Shown piece by piece: positions 63,527 to 64,000 of a DNA stretch of 64,000 bases. Positions within the stretch are counted from its first letter, which is position 1; the number at the start of each line of letters is the position of its first letter. Where the stretch lies: assembly GCF_016433145.1 (NCBI RefSeq), contig NC_058133.1, forward strand, positions 312,207,644 to 312,271,643. The letters run 5' to 3'. Made by a program: the position numbers and the translations under genes. The notes under the pieces are model-generated. The model saw only the letters and a list, made by a program, of their open reading frames with translations, had not been told where the DNA came from and did no database searches. Origin of the DNA: Gracilinanus agilis (Eukaryota).

Positions 63527-64000
63527 CTTAATTAAATGCCAATTGGTGCCCTGGAAGAACTAATTGACAGATTGGTCTAAAGAGAACCAAGATTATGTTT
63601 TTTGGGGGAAATGGAATCTTAGAATGCATTTTCTTTCTCTAACCTGGCATTTGTAATTCACTCTAAGATTACTATATAAAAGGAACTGCTCATTTAAACA
63701 GTCATTAACTACAATTTATGAGCTACAGCTTAACAACATTGCCATATCTTGGAAATTTTACAAGCTTCATGGATAAATAACATTTTGAAAATGAAATAAT
63801 GAGAATGCCTGGTAGCATCTTGATATAAAAGATATTGTGGCAAAACATCATTTCATTTTATTGTTTTTAATGACTTTTTTCCGAAAGAAATTTCCATTAT
63901 TTTCACAGGTCTAAAAGAAGTGGAAACCTAACCAATTCATACTGTGGATCACAGATTTTTGGTATCTGAAGGGGAAGTGATCACTAATGAGAAGCAGTAA

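Noticed and set aside
1-64000. tRNA genes, CRISPR arrays, operons or prokaryotic defence systems
   Set aside because: The tRNA-like boxes are all SINE heads, there is no repeat-spacer array, and the sequence is marsupial non-coding DNA.

Overview
This is AT-rich, CpG-depleted mammalian non-coding DNA, not microbial. The repeat content (SINE1_Mdo-like, Mar1, MIR/CORE-SINEs, opossum-type L1, a 7SL-derived copy, hAT MITEs) points to a didelphid marsupial, most likely Monodelphis domestica. I recognise no host protein-coding gene. The long ORFs in the track are L1 ORF2 pieces, hAT-MITE chance ORFs, microsatellites or N-gaps. The best-supported observations are TSD-bounded insertion structures. 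These are a SINE-L1 chimeric insertion (7549-9659), a twin-primed inverted L1 (35031-37547), a hAT MITE inside a 7SL retrocopy (21.5-22.2 kb), a SINE inserted into the TIR of a second hAT MITE (61 kb), and a 398-bp TG...CA element with an unusually long flanking repeat (53779-54176). Weaker candidates are exon-like segments on both strands, regulatory motif clusters (RFX; NF-kB/AP-1/RUNX) and a possible decayed coding relic at 5.6-6.7 kb. I found no evidence of a new biological system. Family names come from recalled consensus sequences, not database searches, and boundaries of old repeats are approximate.
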